Shown one piece after another: positions 9,851 to 22,560 of a stretch of 64,000 nt of DNA (position 1 is the first letter of the stretch; each line of letters begins with the position of its first letter). Origin of the DNA: Schmidtea polychroa (taxonomy: Eukaryota); assembly GCA_044892525.1 (NCBI GenBank), contig CM097885.1:21268001-21332000 (forward strand). The letters run 5' to 3'. The notes beneath the pieces were generated by a model. That model was not told where the DNA came from and searched no databases. It saw only the letters and a list, made by a program, of their open reading frames with translations. The translations under genes and the position numbers were made by a program.

Positions 9851-10490
9851 TCGATTTTTTGCAACTTTTATGAATTATCCAACACAGGTTCCCGGATTTT
9901 TCAGGTTTATTTCGTAACTAACTGCGAGTTCCACGTATATACAGGTTATATATTGTTAGCTATGAGTATATTCCGACACTCAAATTTTATATATCATTAT
10001 TTCCGATCCATAACTTACAATCGAAATTTACCCATTCATAGTTATATTTTCGGGATCGATGTACTTCGTGTCTAAAATTTTAACCTTATTCGCAACTTAT
10101 CTTTCATAATTGGCAGGGAAAATTCTAGTCGAGTGCTTATACATTTCTAAATATTTTAAGTAGGGGTTTAGGTTAATCGATTAATAGTTTAATTTTTTAG
10201 AATCGTAATATCTACTTTTATACTAAAGGAATTCAAAGACCTATTAAGTTCTACTTATACATATGCCGAATATTTTTGTCCTTACTATTACTCTGATTAC
10301 TATAAATTACTGTTACGAAAACCTAATTCGGCATATATCTAAGCATAACTGGTCAACCATCTACATTACTGTGATTTGCATAATTGTGTCAATTTAGGTA
10401 TGAGTTATACTCAATTTATCGACCTTAGGGTATTTTTCGTTGTATCGATTTTAAATGTTGAATTTAAATGTATGTTACGCAAAAGGTCGG

Positions 10491-10665
10491 GAAGAATATT
10501 GCTTCCATGGCCCCACTGTGACCACTTCCACAAACCTTAGTGTTGTGTGCTGAGTCAACCATTTACGGTTGACCTTAAATAAATACAAAGAGTCAGGCGG
10601 AGGGTTTCCTCGACCTAACTCCATGGCAGGACCATGAAGTAGTTTGACCTCCGGCTGACCCGAAC
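10491..10665 (+). ncRNA. Highly diverged relative of the structured motif (copy F)
   Basis: GGAAG/CTTCC and GTCAACC/GGTTGAC hairpins, AATACAA linker, then GTCAG-CGGAGG/CCTCCG-CTGAC enclosing C-CATGG-cagga-CCATG-AAGTA (cf. copy I). Confidence 0.4.
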
Positions 10666-12519
10666 AAAAAGAGCCGTATAATATCGATTAATATAATATA
10701 GATAATGCATGTGGGCATGTCCTATGAAATTTTTCCAAATCGAATGCAGGACTGAACAACGACGCAGGAATATCCATACGCCGTTGAACCTTCGTACATC
10801 GCTTAAAAAGTTAATCTAAGGAAAGTCAAAATATAAAATCGTTAAAAAAAATTTTTAGCATAGATGAGTTAATAATAATAATACACAAATGATAATACAC
10901 CAAAAAAAATGACACAATACTACTTCTATTGATATCCTGTTGACAAAAGGAAATTTTTGGCATAAAATAATGGTTAATTCTGACTGAAACGTGTCAGTAT
11001 ATATACCTATTTTGTACACGTGTATGTATTGATGCATTAAAACAAACTCGAATTCTTTTTCCAGAATTTTCTATTTTGCGATTTTGATATTTTTAATGGC
11101 AATTTTTGTGCCATAATTTTTGTTTTTATTTTTAAATTTTTATTTTTTAATTATTTTTCGTTAATTTGACGTCCATGATGGATTTGGAACGGTTCCAGAA
11201 CATTCTATTTTACTTTTAATTTTTATTCTAACTGGTGTTTTATGAATTTCTTTTTAAGATTTATTATTTTTAATACTAATTTAGTTATTTTCTCTAACTT
11301 TTATTGTTCTAGCTGGCTTTTGTGATGGTCATCGCATTTTAATGGAATGTTCTGGGTTTTTCTGGAATTTTTTCGGTTTTTATCGTCTTTTAAGTTATTC
11401 GAGTCTGTTTTATGTTTATCTGTGTTTATTTGGTTATTTTCGAGTTCTATTTTGCATAACCTCTTGCTTTTGGTATAATTTTATTTAATTTCTGTGTTTA
11501 GGTTTTGTTGTTTTTTCCTTTAATTATTATTGTTTATTTGGTGTAGTTTTTAATATTTAACTATACTTTTTGCGTGCTATGTACTTACACATTTCAGTCA
11601 CAATTAGAAATTTGGGTCTAGAAGTCAGTTCTAGCCCAACACTCAATTCTACTGATGTGTTAGAAGATGGGAGAATCCTAAAAAATTTTAAAATTAAAAT
11701 ATTATACAATAGGGGCAGATAGATATAGAATAAATATACATATTCAGAAATAAGTTAATGAAAATTGATTCGAATACAAGATAACTATGATGATGACAAT
11801 TTGGTGATCTATCGACAATTATGACTATATTGATTAGATTATTTTATTTTGATACATCGATTGTTTCTATTTTTATGGTGATGTGAATTTTTAAATAGCA
11901 ATCAATTTTGAACTTAATTACAGATTATATTGATTATTTTAAGAATTTAATGACATTTTATTGAAAAATATTGTCGACAACACACAAAAATAGATCTCTT
12001 GAAAGCAAATTAATTAATTTATAATTTTATCTTGTTATTTTACTTACAATTATTATTATTATTTCAATGGAAAATGGTGAAATTATTATTTATTATTATT
12101 AATATTATTATTATTATTATTTATTGTTATTATTATTATTATTATTATTATTTATTATTATTATTACTATTATTATTTTTAAGTGCACTGTGGCACAATA
12201 TTTACTTTTTCAACCATCTGGTTGATTATGTTTGTTTTATTTTTGAACTAAGTGCATTTTGTTTATTGCACTGAGTGCATTTTTATTTGTTTTATTTTAT
12301 TTTGCACTAAGTGCATTTTTGTTTGAAAATTATGTTGCAGTGGCAAATTAAGAAAGAAAAAAATAATATATTTCAATAAAAATAATAAATTTATAAATTG
12401 TGGTTAATATTTTCATATATAATAAATATTACCTATCCCGATTATTCGAACTTTTTGTCGTGTCCGTTCTAGTTTAATTACTAATAAGGATTTACCTTTT
12501 TAGTCTAGTACTACGGTTA

Positions 12520-13255
12520 GATTTTTGGGCGACTAATAATGATTTTGGGTCGCTATTTATACCATTTTTGTGTTTATGAGAATTAAATTAATATATTTTA
12601 TAAGTGTACTCAAATGTTATTATTGTAAATTGTGTGATTATAAGAAGTATGATTAGTTATTGTAACAATTGCTAAAAAATTAATATAAAATTATTATTCA
12701 TTATTACTGATTATAAGGCATATATTTTTTTCTTAATTACAATTGTTAGAAATTAAATTTTAAAATATGTTTTTCTTTTGGATTACAATTGTTGAAAATT
12801 ACTTATGTTTTCTCTTGATTATAATTGAATTATTTTCCAGTGGCATTTACAATTTTTTTCGTTGTATCAATTTTAAACCATATGCTTTTTTAGACTTATA
12901 TTTTTTAATTAGTAATAATTAATTAATTCCCAATATATATTTTTATATTTGAATGTACATATACATTAATAAAAACATAACCCAAAATAAAATATACATC
13001 AAAACATAAAATAAATAAGATACAACGATAAAGTATTAAGTCAATAATCAAGGATAATTGCAATAATTTAAATTAAGTAAATTATTACACATAATTGTCA
13101 ATATAAATGTTTTGAATTGTTTGAAGGATCTGGCTCATCTGGCTGATTTGATTGTTTAGGCTCCACATATATGTTTACTCTAAATTTGTTGCTGCCCGTT
13201 CTATAATAGTGGGTCAGCTCAAATTCTTTAATTTTTCTTCCTCTATCATCCGACC
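12520..13255 (-). repeat. Near-identical copy of 3646-4377 (exonuclease 3' end plus LTR-like AT-rich region and TATA/hairpin)
   Basis: Base-by-base match over ~730 bp with only a few substitutions and one small indel. Confidence 0.95.
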
Positions 13256-13769
13256 TTCTGGCAAGTGGTCAGCTGAACCTCAGCTTCGCGGAATGCATTA
13301 AAAATTCATAAAGCAAAATCAGATTTAAATATCGAAAATCATATACATTATAAAAATTCGGTTAATTCATAAAAGGTTTTAAATTTAAAATTTAAATTAA
13401 TGAAATGGCAAGCAAGGAAAACACATCTTTCAAAATATTTAATTTACTAAAAACTTTCATTTAATACACCCGTCATATTTAAACATTTACTTTACTATTT
13501 TATTTTTATTTTACAATATTTAAACAAAGAACGAGGATCTTCTATTCCACGTATTAATATAAACAAAATTTTACTCATTCTTAACAAGTAGTCTTCTTGG
13601 TTTCTAATTTATTTATGATTTTTATACTATTTCTTAGTGTTTTCTCTTTTGATTTTTGATTATCTCAATTTCTTTTCAGCCCAACACCAATATTAAATAA
13701 TCAATAAGTCAAATTAAGCGATCAGAACACCAATATAGTCATTATAATTGTTGATTTTCCTAAATTATT

Positions 13770-14812
13770 CTTTGGATTGGATTGGGTTAGATTGTGGATA
13801 CTACTTATGTTACGAGGACTCTACGTAAATATTCATCCTATATCCATTGGGGCCTGCTCTATTATACTTCGTGAGTTCAAATTCATTAATTGCTCGACCC
13901 ATGTCATCCAACATTCCTCCGGTGGCCGTCAAGACAATGTCCTCATTACCCTTACCGCTGAGGACTAACTATTTCACATACATTTATGTACATTGTTGAT
14001 CTCTGAAACCCCTTTCTCCACGTCAAATTCATAACATCCCTATTACTGATTCTTCTTCCAAAATTTCGGCATATTTCTTTCTCTGTGATAGTTGATTTTC
14101 CTTTACTGATGATAAAATTCGGCTCTTCCAATTCAAAATCCGGTTTTGGTCCTAACTCCTCTACCATGTCCATATGCATTTCTGCTCCTTCTCCGTTATC
14201 TATACTTTGTACATCTTGCATCTATTGAGAAATACTCCTCATCTGAATCTAGATCGTATTGTGGTTTTTCTCTGTTATAACTGCTGCACGCTCTGGGCTA
14301 TTCTGTGATTGATATTGTTTGTGGTTTCTGTCTTCCTTTATAAAGATGAGATCATCATCGTTGTCGCTTCCCATTAAGTCGTCCTCGAAAGTGCTTCTAC
14401 TTCCATCTTTATTGTTGTCCTTCTGAAATGCTATCATATCCCATCTTATAACTTCCTTCCACTGTCTTTCCACGATGTTGTATATAACTTTCGCAATCAA
14501 TGTTGTATCTTCTGACGAAAATGGCTCGAATTTTATGAGGATATTGTTAACTACTATCTTTTTTCCATTTTTATACGCGAGGTTTGAGAGTTTGATTTTG
14601 TGCGGTGCTACATTTTTTTACAAATGAGCACATAAATACAACTTCCGCTAATTCTCTGACTTCCATAACATTCTATAGGTCTAACTTCAGTGTTTTAAAC
14701 TTTTTAATTATCTCATATCCCACGATGATTTTTTCAACTAGTAACTTCTGTACATCTACCAATGCTTGATATTCATCCTCGTTTCCTCTAATCGAATCTT
14801 GATCTTGATGGT
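13770..14812 (-). pseudogene. Diverged, disrupted paralogue of the exonuclease-like gene
   Basis: DSIRGNEDEYQALVDVQKLL, AKVIYNIVERQWKEVIRWDMIAFQK, EPNFIISKGKSTITEKEI, GNEDIVLTATGGMLDDMGRAINEFELTKY across several frames. Confidence 0.9.
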
Positions 14813-15366
14813 GCTCAACCAAAGTGTCCAGTTCAATCGTAAGTAAAGCCCACAATATTTTTACTCAAGCCCACATGTGGGCCCTGAGGTGCACTTTGAG
14901 AAACACTGTTAGACTACGTTTCTCTATCCATTTAAAAGATGTTAAAAAGTTTATTATTTATCAGCAATATTTAAACAAAGAACGAGGATCTTCTAAAGTT
15001 AATTATATCTAGAGCAAGAAAACTTCAAACACTTCATTTTTCAAACATTATATTATTATAAATTAGATAAATTAAAATTCGAAAATTGTCTGTTTTGTTA
15101 TTATTTTTATTTTTTTTTATTTTTTTATTATTTTAAATATTTGTTTTTTTAATTTGTAAAATATTACCACAATATTAAATTAAAAATTATTTTTTTTAAA
15201 TAAAATTTAATGAAAATATGTTAAAAGTGCTATTCCAACAGGTCGAAACGTCTTTGTTTTTGTTCTGGCATATTAATTCATGACTACTGAAGGCAAAATT
15301 ACATAACAGAAACAATGTGTCGAAAGTATTGTATCAATACCTAAAGATGGAGTCTTAGGTCTAAAC

Positions 15367-17317
15367 CAGACCTGGCCAACTCAAATCACTTTGCGGGCCA
15401 ATTTTTTTATCCAAAAATTTCAGCAAGCTATGTATTATATGAAAAAACAATTTTTATTGAAACATTTGTTTGAATTATTTCAGTACATAGATTTATTTGA
15501 ACCATTCCAAGAAAAACATTTATTTTTATATTGGTGGGTTACCAATGATCAAACATTTTACCTTTTCGTGCTGTTTCCAGCGTAACCAAGAATACAACCT
15601 TGTTTTACTGTATCAAATGGGTGAGTGCTCGCAAAAAGTGATTAGGAACCTGCTTCTACTCAATGCTACACTGCAAATTAATTATTTCCACCTGTAAAGA
15701 TTCTGGAACAGTGAAAACGTCAACTTGAAATGATAAAGAAATTATCTGAAACGTTTTGTCATATTTTGTAAGTTGTGAGAAACGACAAGTAAATTCAGCT
15801 GAAAGTTTTCTAATTTCATCAGCGTACTTTGCAAAATTAATAGTTTGACTGCTATTAAATTCTTTTAATAACGGAAAATGGTGAAGATTGTTATTTCTAA
15901 GTTGGGACTCAAATAAAATTAGCTTGGTTTGGAATGCTTTGATATAATTACAAGCATCAATAATTAAACTATCTTGCCCCTGTAACTCCTTTTTAGCTGG
16001 TTAATTTTTTCTACTAAGAAACACAGGTCCAACAACCATATTTCGTCATTTAAATTTGAAACTGGATTTCTCCAGCCATAAAATTTTCTATTTCCACCCG
16101 TAATTCAAAAAGTCTTTTTAAACATGTTCCGCGACTCAACCATCTAACTTTGGTTAAAATAGACAATATCGCCGTATTCCGAACTTAATTCGTCAAGGTA
16201 AGCTTTGAACTTGCGATGCTGAAGCGCATATGAACGAATATAGTTAACTGTTTTTATTACCACATCCATGACATGGTTCGTGGACAATGCCTGGGCACAT
16301 AAATTTTGCTGATGTATCAAACATTGTATTACACATATTTCACTGAGTTTAACAAATGTAGCTTCAAGTTCATTCAACTTTACAGTTCCTTTATTTTTAC
16401 CAATCATAGCAGGCACACCATCCGTTGTTAGTCCAGAAAGCTTCTCTAAATGTAAAGAATTCCAGGATAAACATTTTTTTCTAGCGTGAAGAACATTCTC
16501 TCCCATAGTGGTGTCTTTCAAATTTAAAAGATTTAACATTTCTTGTGTCACTCAGAAAGAATCGTTAACTCCACGAATAAATACAGCAAGTATCTGAAAT
16601 ATATGTACTTTCGTAGAAAGTTAGAGAATATGCTTTGAATTATCGAATTCGCTCTCGTAAAGTCACCACTATTTCATCTGAAATATCATTAATGTGACGA
16701 CAAATAGTTTGACGCGACCAACTTATGCTTGAAATCATTTTATGTTTATCTGGCATAACATCTTCTATGACAGCTGCCAAACATTCTTTTACAAATTCTC
16801 CGTCCGAAAATGTTTTCATGTTCTTAGCGATTAACATTGCGACAGAGTATCTTGCTTTAACAATATTAAAAGGTAGTTGTAATGAAGAACTAAACATTTT
16901 CTGCTGAGATTTTAATTCGGATTTTAACTCGGCTAACTTAATTTTTCTCAATTCATTATTAGATTTCACATACACGTCATGTTTCGTTTCATGATGACCT
17001 TTAACATTGTATTCCTTAAAAACAGCTATTGTATCTCGGCAAATCAAACACGTTAATTTTGAGTTCTGCATTATAAAGAAGTAATTTTCTTCCCAATGAT
17101 CGCTGTATTTTCTGTTTTCTTCTGAAACTTCTTTTTTTGGAATTCATTCAGGCCAAATATAATTAAAATTATGTATAATTATTCAAAATAAGTGCATTTC
17201 TTTAACATTTCATTACATAAAACAAAAATATTTACAATAATTTTATTACGTCTAAAGATATGCAATCAAATAAAAACTAATGAATTGTGGTATGTAGAAT
17301 CGGCTTGGCCACGCCTG
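15367..17317 (-). mobile_element. hAT Buster/SPIN-type transposon (GTF2IRD2-like transposase relic ~15655-17147)
   Basis: 13-bp imperfect TIRs CAGACCTGGCCAA / CAGGCGTGGCCAA. Perfect 8-bp TSD GTCTAAAC (15359-15366, 17318-17325; central TA typical of Buster). Motifs CLICRDTIAVFKEYNV, FSDGEFVKEC, TTDGVPAMIG, CLIHQQNLC. Confidence 0.92.
15531..15645 (+). ncRNA. Partial, internally deleted copy C of the structured motif, inside the hAT
   Basis: TTGGTGGGTTAC..ATGATCAAA..CGTGCTGTTTCCAGCGTAACCAAGAATACAA..TACTGTATCAAATGGGTGAGTGCTCGCAAAAAGTGA matches copies A and B. Confidence 0.7.
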
Positions 17318-17462
17318 GTCTAAACCATAAATAAAATCAATAAGGCCAAAGGTAATTTTATTAAACTTATTTCAATAATTCAATATATATAAAATTAGGA
17401 ACGTAATTTTACAGTTATTTAACCATACCTATTCTTATCTATCTTGTTTTGATTTATTTCTA

Positions 17463-17680
17463 TTGGTGTGTTACAGGTCATCCAAATTTCTACCTACTCG
17501 TGCTGTTTCCAGCGTAACCCAGAATACAATGGAACAGCTGACGCTTGGCACCCGTTGAGCAATCAACGTTGGTACTGTGCTAAGGGTTAGGATACTAGCA
17601 AAAAGTGAGCATGCTCGGCATGCTATAATTGTCTAGCACCCCCTGGGGTTCACAGACCGCCGATAGAAGGCTTATGTCCG
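17463..17680 (+). ncRNA. Conserved structured motif, copy B
   Basis: Core 17544-17584 CTTGGCAC-C-CGTTGA-gcaa-TCAACG-TTGGTACT-GTGCTAAG; GCTG-tttc-CAGC; GTGAGC/GTTCAC. Confidence 0.65.
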
Positions 17681-17809
17681 ATTTCTCTCGGTCCCCGTTA
17701 TGAAATTGACGTTATTGAATAATCAGAATACACGAGCATTAACATAACCACAACATTTTTATTTCGGATTACACGAATCGTATTGGATTACACAAATGGT
17801 AACAGGAGT

Positions 17810-18268
17810 TCATGAGGCTCTTGTAGATCCCTTCGGGGTCGTCACTGGTAAGGTCGGTTGAAGTGGTGTTTGGACCAGGCTGGCCTGTCTTCTAGCCAGA
17901 GCTGTTTTACCCGGTCGGATTTTCTTCCTAGGAGGAACCGAAGAGGCGAGCTCCTTATGCTTACGAAGTATTTCTGCCATAGGTTGGATCCTAGAGATTA
18001 CGTCTTGGTCGATAGCTTGCTGACGAATCTGGGTCTCCAGTTCTCTCAACGTCAGACGGAAAGCTCACAGTTTGACCTGGTCCTGAGCGCTCTGCAACTG
18101 TAACTGCGTAATCAGTTTTAGGCGCTTCTGCATCTCCGCTGGCGGGAACCAAGTGTTTTCGAAGTTTCGGCAATGGGCCTTGATTCGTGATAGTTTAGCG
18201 CGATACTCTTCCATCTGTCGCTGCGCTCGTTCTCGGTCCACCCGCATGTCTTCTAAGAGCTTTATCAC
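17810..18268 (-). pseudogene. Coiled-coil TWF protein, type 1 paralogue (one in-frame stop)
   Basis: KLLEDMRVDRERAQRQMEEYRAKLSRIKAHCRNFENTWFPPAEM ... RELETQIRQQAIDQDVISRIQPM ... PPRKKIRPG aligns with 8237..8665; acceptor ttttgattcag at 18268. Confidence 0.75.
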
Positions 18269-18854
18269 TGAATCAAAAAAAATTAATTAATGATATGCCC
18301 TCTCATCTCCACGCCCTATTGCTACCCCCTTGCTGTGGGGTACGATCACTAAGCCGCCACCTCGTATTAAGGTGTATTTAAACTCCAGATTTAGCCTTAT
18401 GGATCTCACTAGGAGGCATAATTTTTGTTCACATCGATTTAAAATCAATATTAAATGGTATAGATATATGACTTTATCAACCACACTTTAGCAATTCCAA
18501 TTCAAGATACTATTATTAGCATTCAAAATCGTGGCATGTTTACCCCAAATCCGTCCTACCCCTTATAGCAAGATAGGGCTCCTTCAATTTACTTTGAAGA
18601 GTATCAAATCTGTCAAAATTAGATCATTATGACAAGATGGTTATACATTTATATACCCGCCAATAAGCTATTTGGAGAAATCACAGAAAACAATACAATC
18701 ACCACACAAGATGACTGGTTAGTCAGATCACGAACGTTTCTCAAACGATTTCCGATGCGGCCTGTTCGTTAAGACTAGTCAAGTTCATTCAGAAGAGCGG
18801 TAACATCCATCTCCAATTGTGGATCAAGAAGTAACGTAGAGGTGGAAGCAGGTA

Positions 18855-19528
18855 TCACCCGGTAGTGGACTGGACTGCGGTGAGCAGGGTTCCCTTTCTC
18901 CCCGTATCTGGGACAGCAAATAAGGTGGCTTTCATGACAGCGATTTCGTCCCGACGTTTCTTGTAGCGCTCGGCGCGAGTATGGCGTTTACGCTTCCGGA
19001 AGGTTGACGGAACGGGACCGATAGTGGAAGTGATCGGAACGGTCAGTGACGTATTGGCCTTGGCTGGGGTCGACGGCAATACGCTGGTGCCCACGAAGAT
19101 GACATCAGATTTTGTTGGAGAAGACCCCTAAGGTCCATGGTTACGGCAGATCGACGTAAACTGAACATTTGTTTCGTCGGCGCGGTGATGTACTGAGAAA
19201 ATGTTTCACTTGTCGACGATCGAAAATTCGTTGATTCGGCTCTTCAACTCCGACTCCGAGTAAATGCGATGGTGGGCCTCCAACTAGGCCTTGATGGTGA
19301 GGCGCTGACACCGGCTTTCTTCAAGCAAGCTGTCTCGACAGTGCTCCAAACGTAGGATTTTCTTATTGTCTTCCTTCATGAGTGGTGGTGTAAACCACGT
19401 ACCTTCGAGCGTGTCGATTCGCTTCTTTAGAACCCCAATGTTATCGTTTAGCATTCGAATAGTTGCGCTTTTGTCGGCACGCGAAAGACACGGTTTCGGC
19501 CAGATTCTGGGAGATTTGGTTCTGACAT
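18855..19528 (-). pseudogene. Coiled-coil TWF protein, type 2 paralogue (stops/frameshift)
   Basis: Manual translation RIDTLEGTWFTPPLMKEDNKKILRLEHCRDSLLEE...IYSESELKSRI aligns with 28108..28530 and ends in basic RKRKRHTRAERYKKRR. Confidence 0.7.
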
Positions 19529-21846
19529 GTACTAGAAATTGGAAAATGAGTTATTCGGTGACTCAATAGAAAACAGATAAGAATATGAGCGATTGCATAT
19601 CTATTCGTAAATTAAGAAGTCTTGTTAATTTGGATCTACTTAACTTCTCCCCTAAACATTCTACACCATGGTAGAATACTAATCAATTTTTACACATTAA
19701 CTTACCATACTTAAGACAACTTTTCAAACCGTTGGGTCGAGATTTGATCGATAAACAGAGTTTAATTTCACATTTTATTATAAGTCGCTAGCCCAAATGA
19801 AAATAAATTCAAAATGAAGTTCCAACACACGTAATAACTTCAATCAGACGTTATTAATATGAATTATCTATTAATATAAATATGAATCCCCGAAAACTTA
19901 AGTTGAATGATCTTGTAATTAACCCAAAAATTCAATTTGAATAATAGTGCATTTTTATTTCCAGTTACTAAACTGAATAGCTCTTCCTTTAATCAAATAA
20001 ATATTCTGACTCGATTCGCGTGTTAATTCAGGTTGCGGTTTGACTCAAAATTGGCCTAATTAATTTATAGATAATTATTCATAAAATTGTATAGTACGTT
20101 TTATCCATGTATCTGATAGATCCATCATGTTCTAAACAAATCATTTCCGAGGAGTTTACTACTACATCTAATAAATTCAAATGGCATCATATTAATGTGA
20201 ATAAATAAATCTATACGAAGAGAAAAGAGAACGGGACGAAATAATTGTTAATATTTTTAATAGATAAAAATTTGTATTACAGATTCGTAAATATCATAAC
20301 CAATATAAATGAACCTACAAACTAAAAATATAACATAATCATAAAAAATCAAAATTTACATTTCTCCTGGTTCGGTACGAATTAAAATCGAGTGAATAGT
20401 CCGGTAGATTGAAGCTAGGTTGAAAAAATTAACATTGATGAAAATCAGTTAAGTCGATTCTTTATATACTAAATTTCATCCAATCAGGATCCAGTTATTG
20501 TGTAAAATTATATTTTTATATTTTTTATTCTTTTTAATGTTTTTCTTCATGTTATTTATTTTTTTTGTTTTGAAATTTATTTAATGATTTCGTTTTTCTT
20601 ATTTTACTTTCTTTTGTTGGTCATTCTACTTATGATATTATATTTTATTCTCCTTATTTTTTTAATTATCCTTTTTTATTAATTATTTTTTTTTGTTGTT
20701 TTATTATTATTATTATTTTGCTCTTGGTATTTTAATTCCGTTATCCTTTAACTATCTTGTTTTGATTATTGGTTATTGTTATGTATTTTGCTTAATTAAT
20801 GATTATTTGATGTATATTTTTGTTTTTAATGATCTTGCTTATTATTTTATTTTATTTATTTCTTTTTCCTTATTCTTTATTTTTCTTTACTTTAACTGAT
20901 TTTCCCCAAGTTATCACTATAGTTTTTATTTTTAATTACGGTAAAATCAACCATCGGGTCTTCCTGGTTTTAGCCCAACATAGGCAATTATATTATATTT
21001 ATGATGGGTTGATGTTGGAAGTGTTGTTTCCTTACAATAAAAATTTAGAAAATACAGAAAAAATATAGAAGAAATAAATAAGTGCTATAAGAGCGATAAC
21101 ATAGTTCCCTATTGTCATATTTGAATGTTATTTCTTTGAAGTATTTAAAGTAAAACCCTATTAATGTCTTAATATAATTTTCCCATTTGAGTCCTCACAA
21201 TCTAATCCATATGATTTTGTGAATCAAAACGTTTAATAAAATCATTTTTTATTCTTTCAAATACTTATTTTAAATTGAAAAATTTTATTTTATATTATTT
21301 TTATTAACTTATATTCACACAAAACTTGTAACTGATCAATGTCTGTTATATATAATTCATCCTTTAAAGTAAATGTAAATGGTTGATCGAAAGGAAAGGT
21401 TACTTTTAATTTGATATAGTGTTTCAGATCACCTTTTGTATATTTAAGTTTTGTTATCTTAATTGTATCTTGTTCATTCTTGATACTTATTCTTGAATAT
21501 CGAAATCTTTTTGATATATTGAAATCATCGAACGATACATAAAATGTAAATAATAACATAAAACATAGAAAATATTTACCAGCATATAATAGGGAATCTG
21601 TACTATAAGGATTATTTATTTCACATTCATCGTTTTTATTGTTATTTACAATTTTTAATATTTTGAAGTTGCTTCCTTCTTTATGTATTCAATTTTATCT
21701 ATACTATGGATAGAGATTTTGCACGAATGTGATATCTAACTGACGGAAGTCTTGAGTCATAGGCAACCTCGAGTTACTACAAATACTATGCATACTAAAA
21801 ATGTGATGAGGAAACATCAAAAGAAATTGATAACATTTAACAAACC

Positions 21847-21877
<31 letters not shown>

Positions 21878-21924
21878 TCAAAGTAAAAACAAACAAATCT
21901 AATTAAACGCATTAATGTTCATCG

Positions 21925-22560
21925 TATTTTGGCTAAGAGACCAACCATACAGATTATTTATATCAATATATAATAATTCTGGATCATCAGAAGTAGCAAC
22001 TTAATGTTTGTTAATATATGTAAACACACTCCGCATTCTATCGTCATAGAAATTATAAATTTTCATGTCCTGTAAAAGTTCTATGGATTCTGTTAATGTC
22101 ATCAGTGTTGAGGCCATTGACATACCCGGAATACCATAGAAATTTAGAGGTTCAAGGCCATTATATGCAATGGCCTTAGCACGGAATTGCTGAAAATAAT
22201 TTGGAAAGAGGAATACGTCTAATTTTAGGTAAATTAACATATAATCACGCAAATTAATACAGTTTTTCTGAGTCCAAATCATCTTCCGTAACACCAGACC
22301 AAATAGTAGCAACTCATAATTAGTCTCACGAACATCCAAAGAAGTTGCAAAATTTTAAGGAAAAACACCTTTAGAATTTCTTATTGACCCACCAAAAACA
22401 GGTGAAGTTAAAGGAAGGTCTGAATGAGTTTTTATAGCTTTGGCTGAAGAACAATTAACAAATTACATGCTGTCAATAAAACGAACAGCCAATTTGTTAA
22501 TATGCGCATTCATCGATATAAACTTTTCAGTTCTAGGGATGATATCCAATTCCCGAGATG
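21925..22560 (-). pseudogene. Protein-primed family B DNA polymerase fragment (Polinton/adintovirus)
   Basis: IPRTEKFISM..VRFIDSM; YLKLDVFL...FR...NGLEPLNFYGIPG...IELLQD; LLYIDINNLYGWSLSQ (PolB motif A region). Confidence 0.85.

Larger units (their letters stand above)
3646..11641 (-). mobile_element. Most complete copy of an unclassified multi-ORF element (coiled-coil, structured RNA, AT-hook, FN3-TM, pseudo-exonuclease, LTR-like end)
   Basis: Four co-oriented ORFs. Most modules have diverged paralogues elsewhere in the window in the same relative order. Boundaries are inferred from shared motifs (TGTTGGGCT at 11641; junction at 3646). Confidence 0.6.

Noticed and set aside
10671..10700. 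GAGCCGTAT resembling group II intron domain V
   Set aside because: No complementary ACGGTTC arm.
15236..15366. Hammerhead-like fragments (CTGAAGG...CGAAA-GTATTG/CAATAC), possible Penelope pLTR
   Set aside because: Core mismatches, no proper UH site or stem I; at best a degenerate relic.
17659..17680. Resemblance to the start of a flatworm spliced-leader exon (from memory)
   Set aside because: Short, unverifiable match with no donor site or Sm site downstream.
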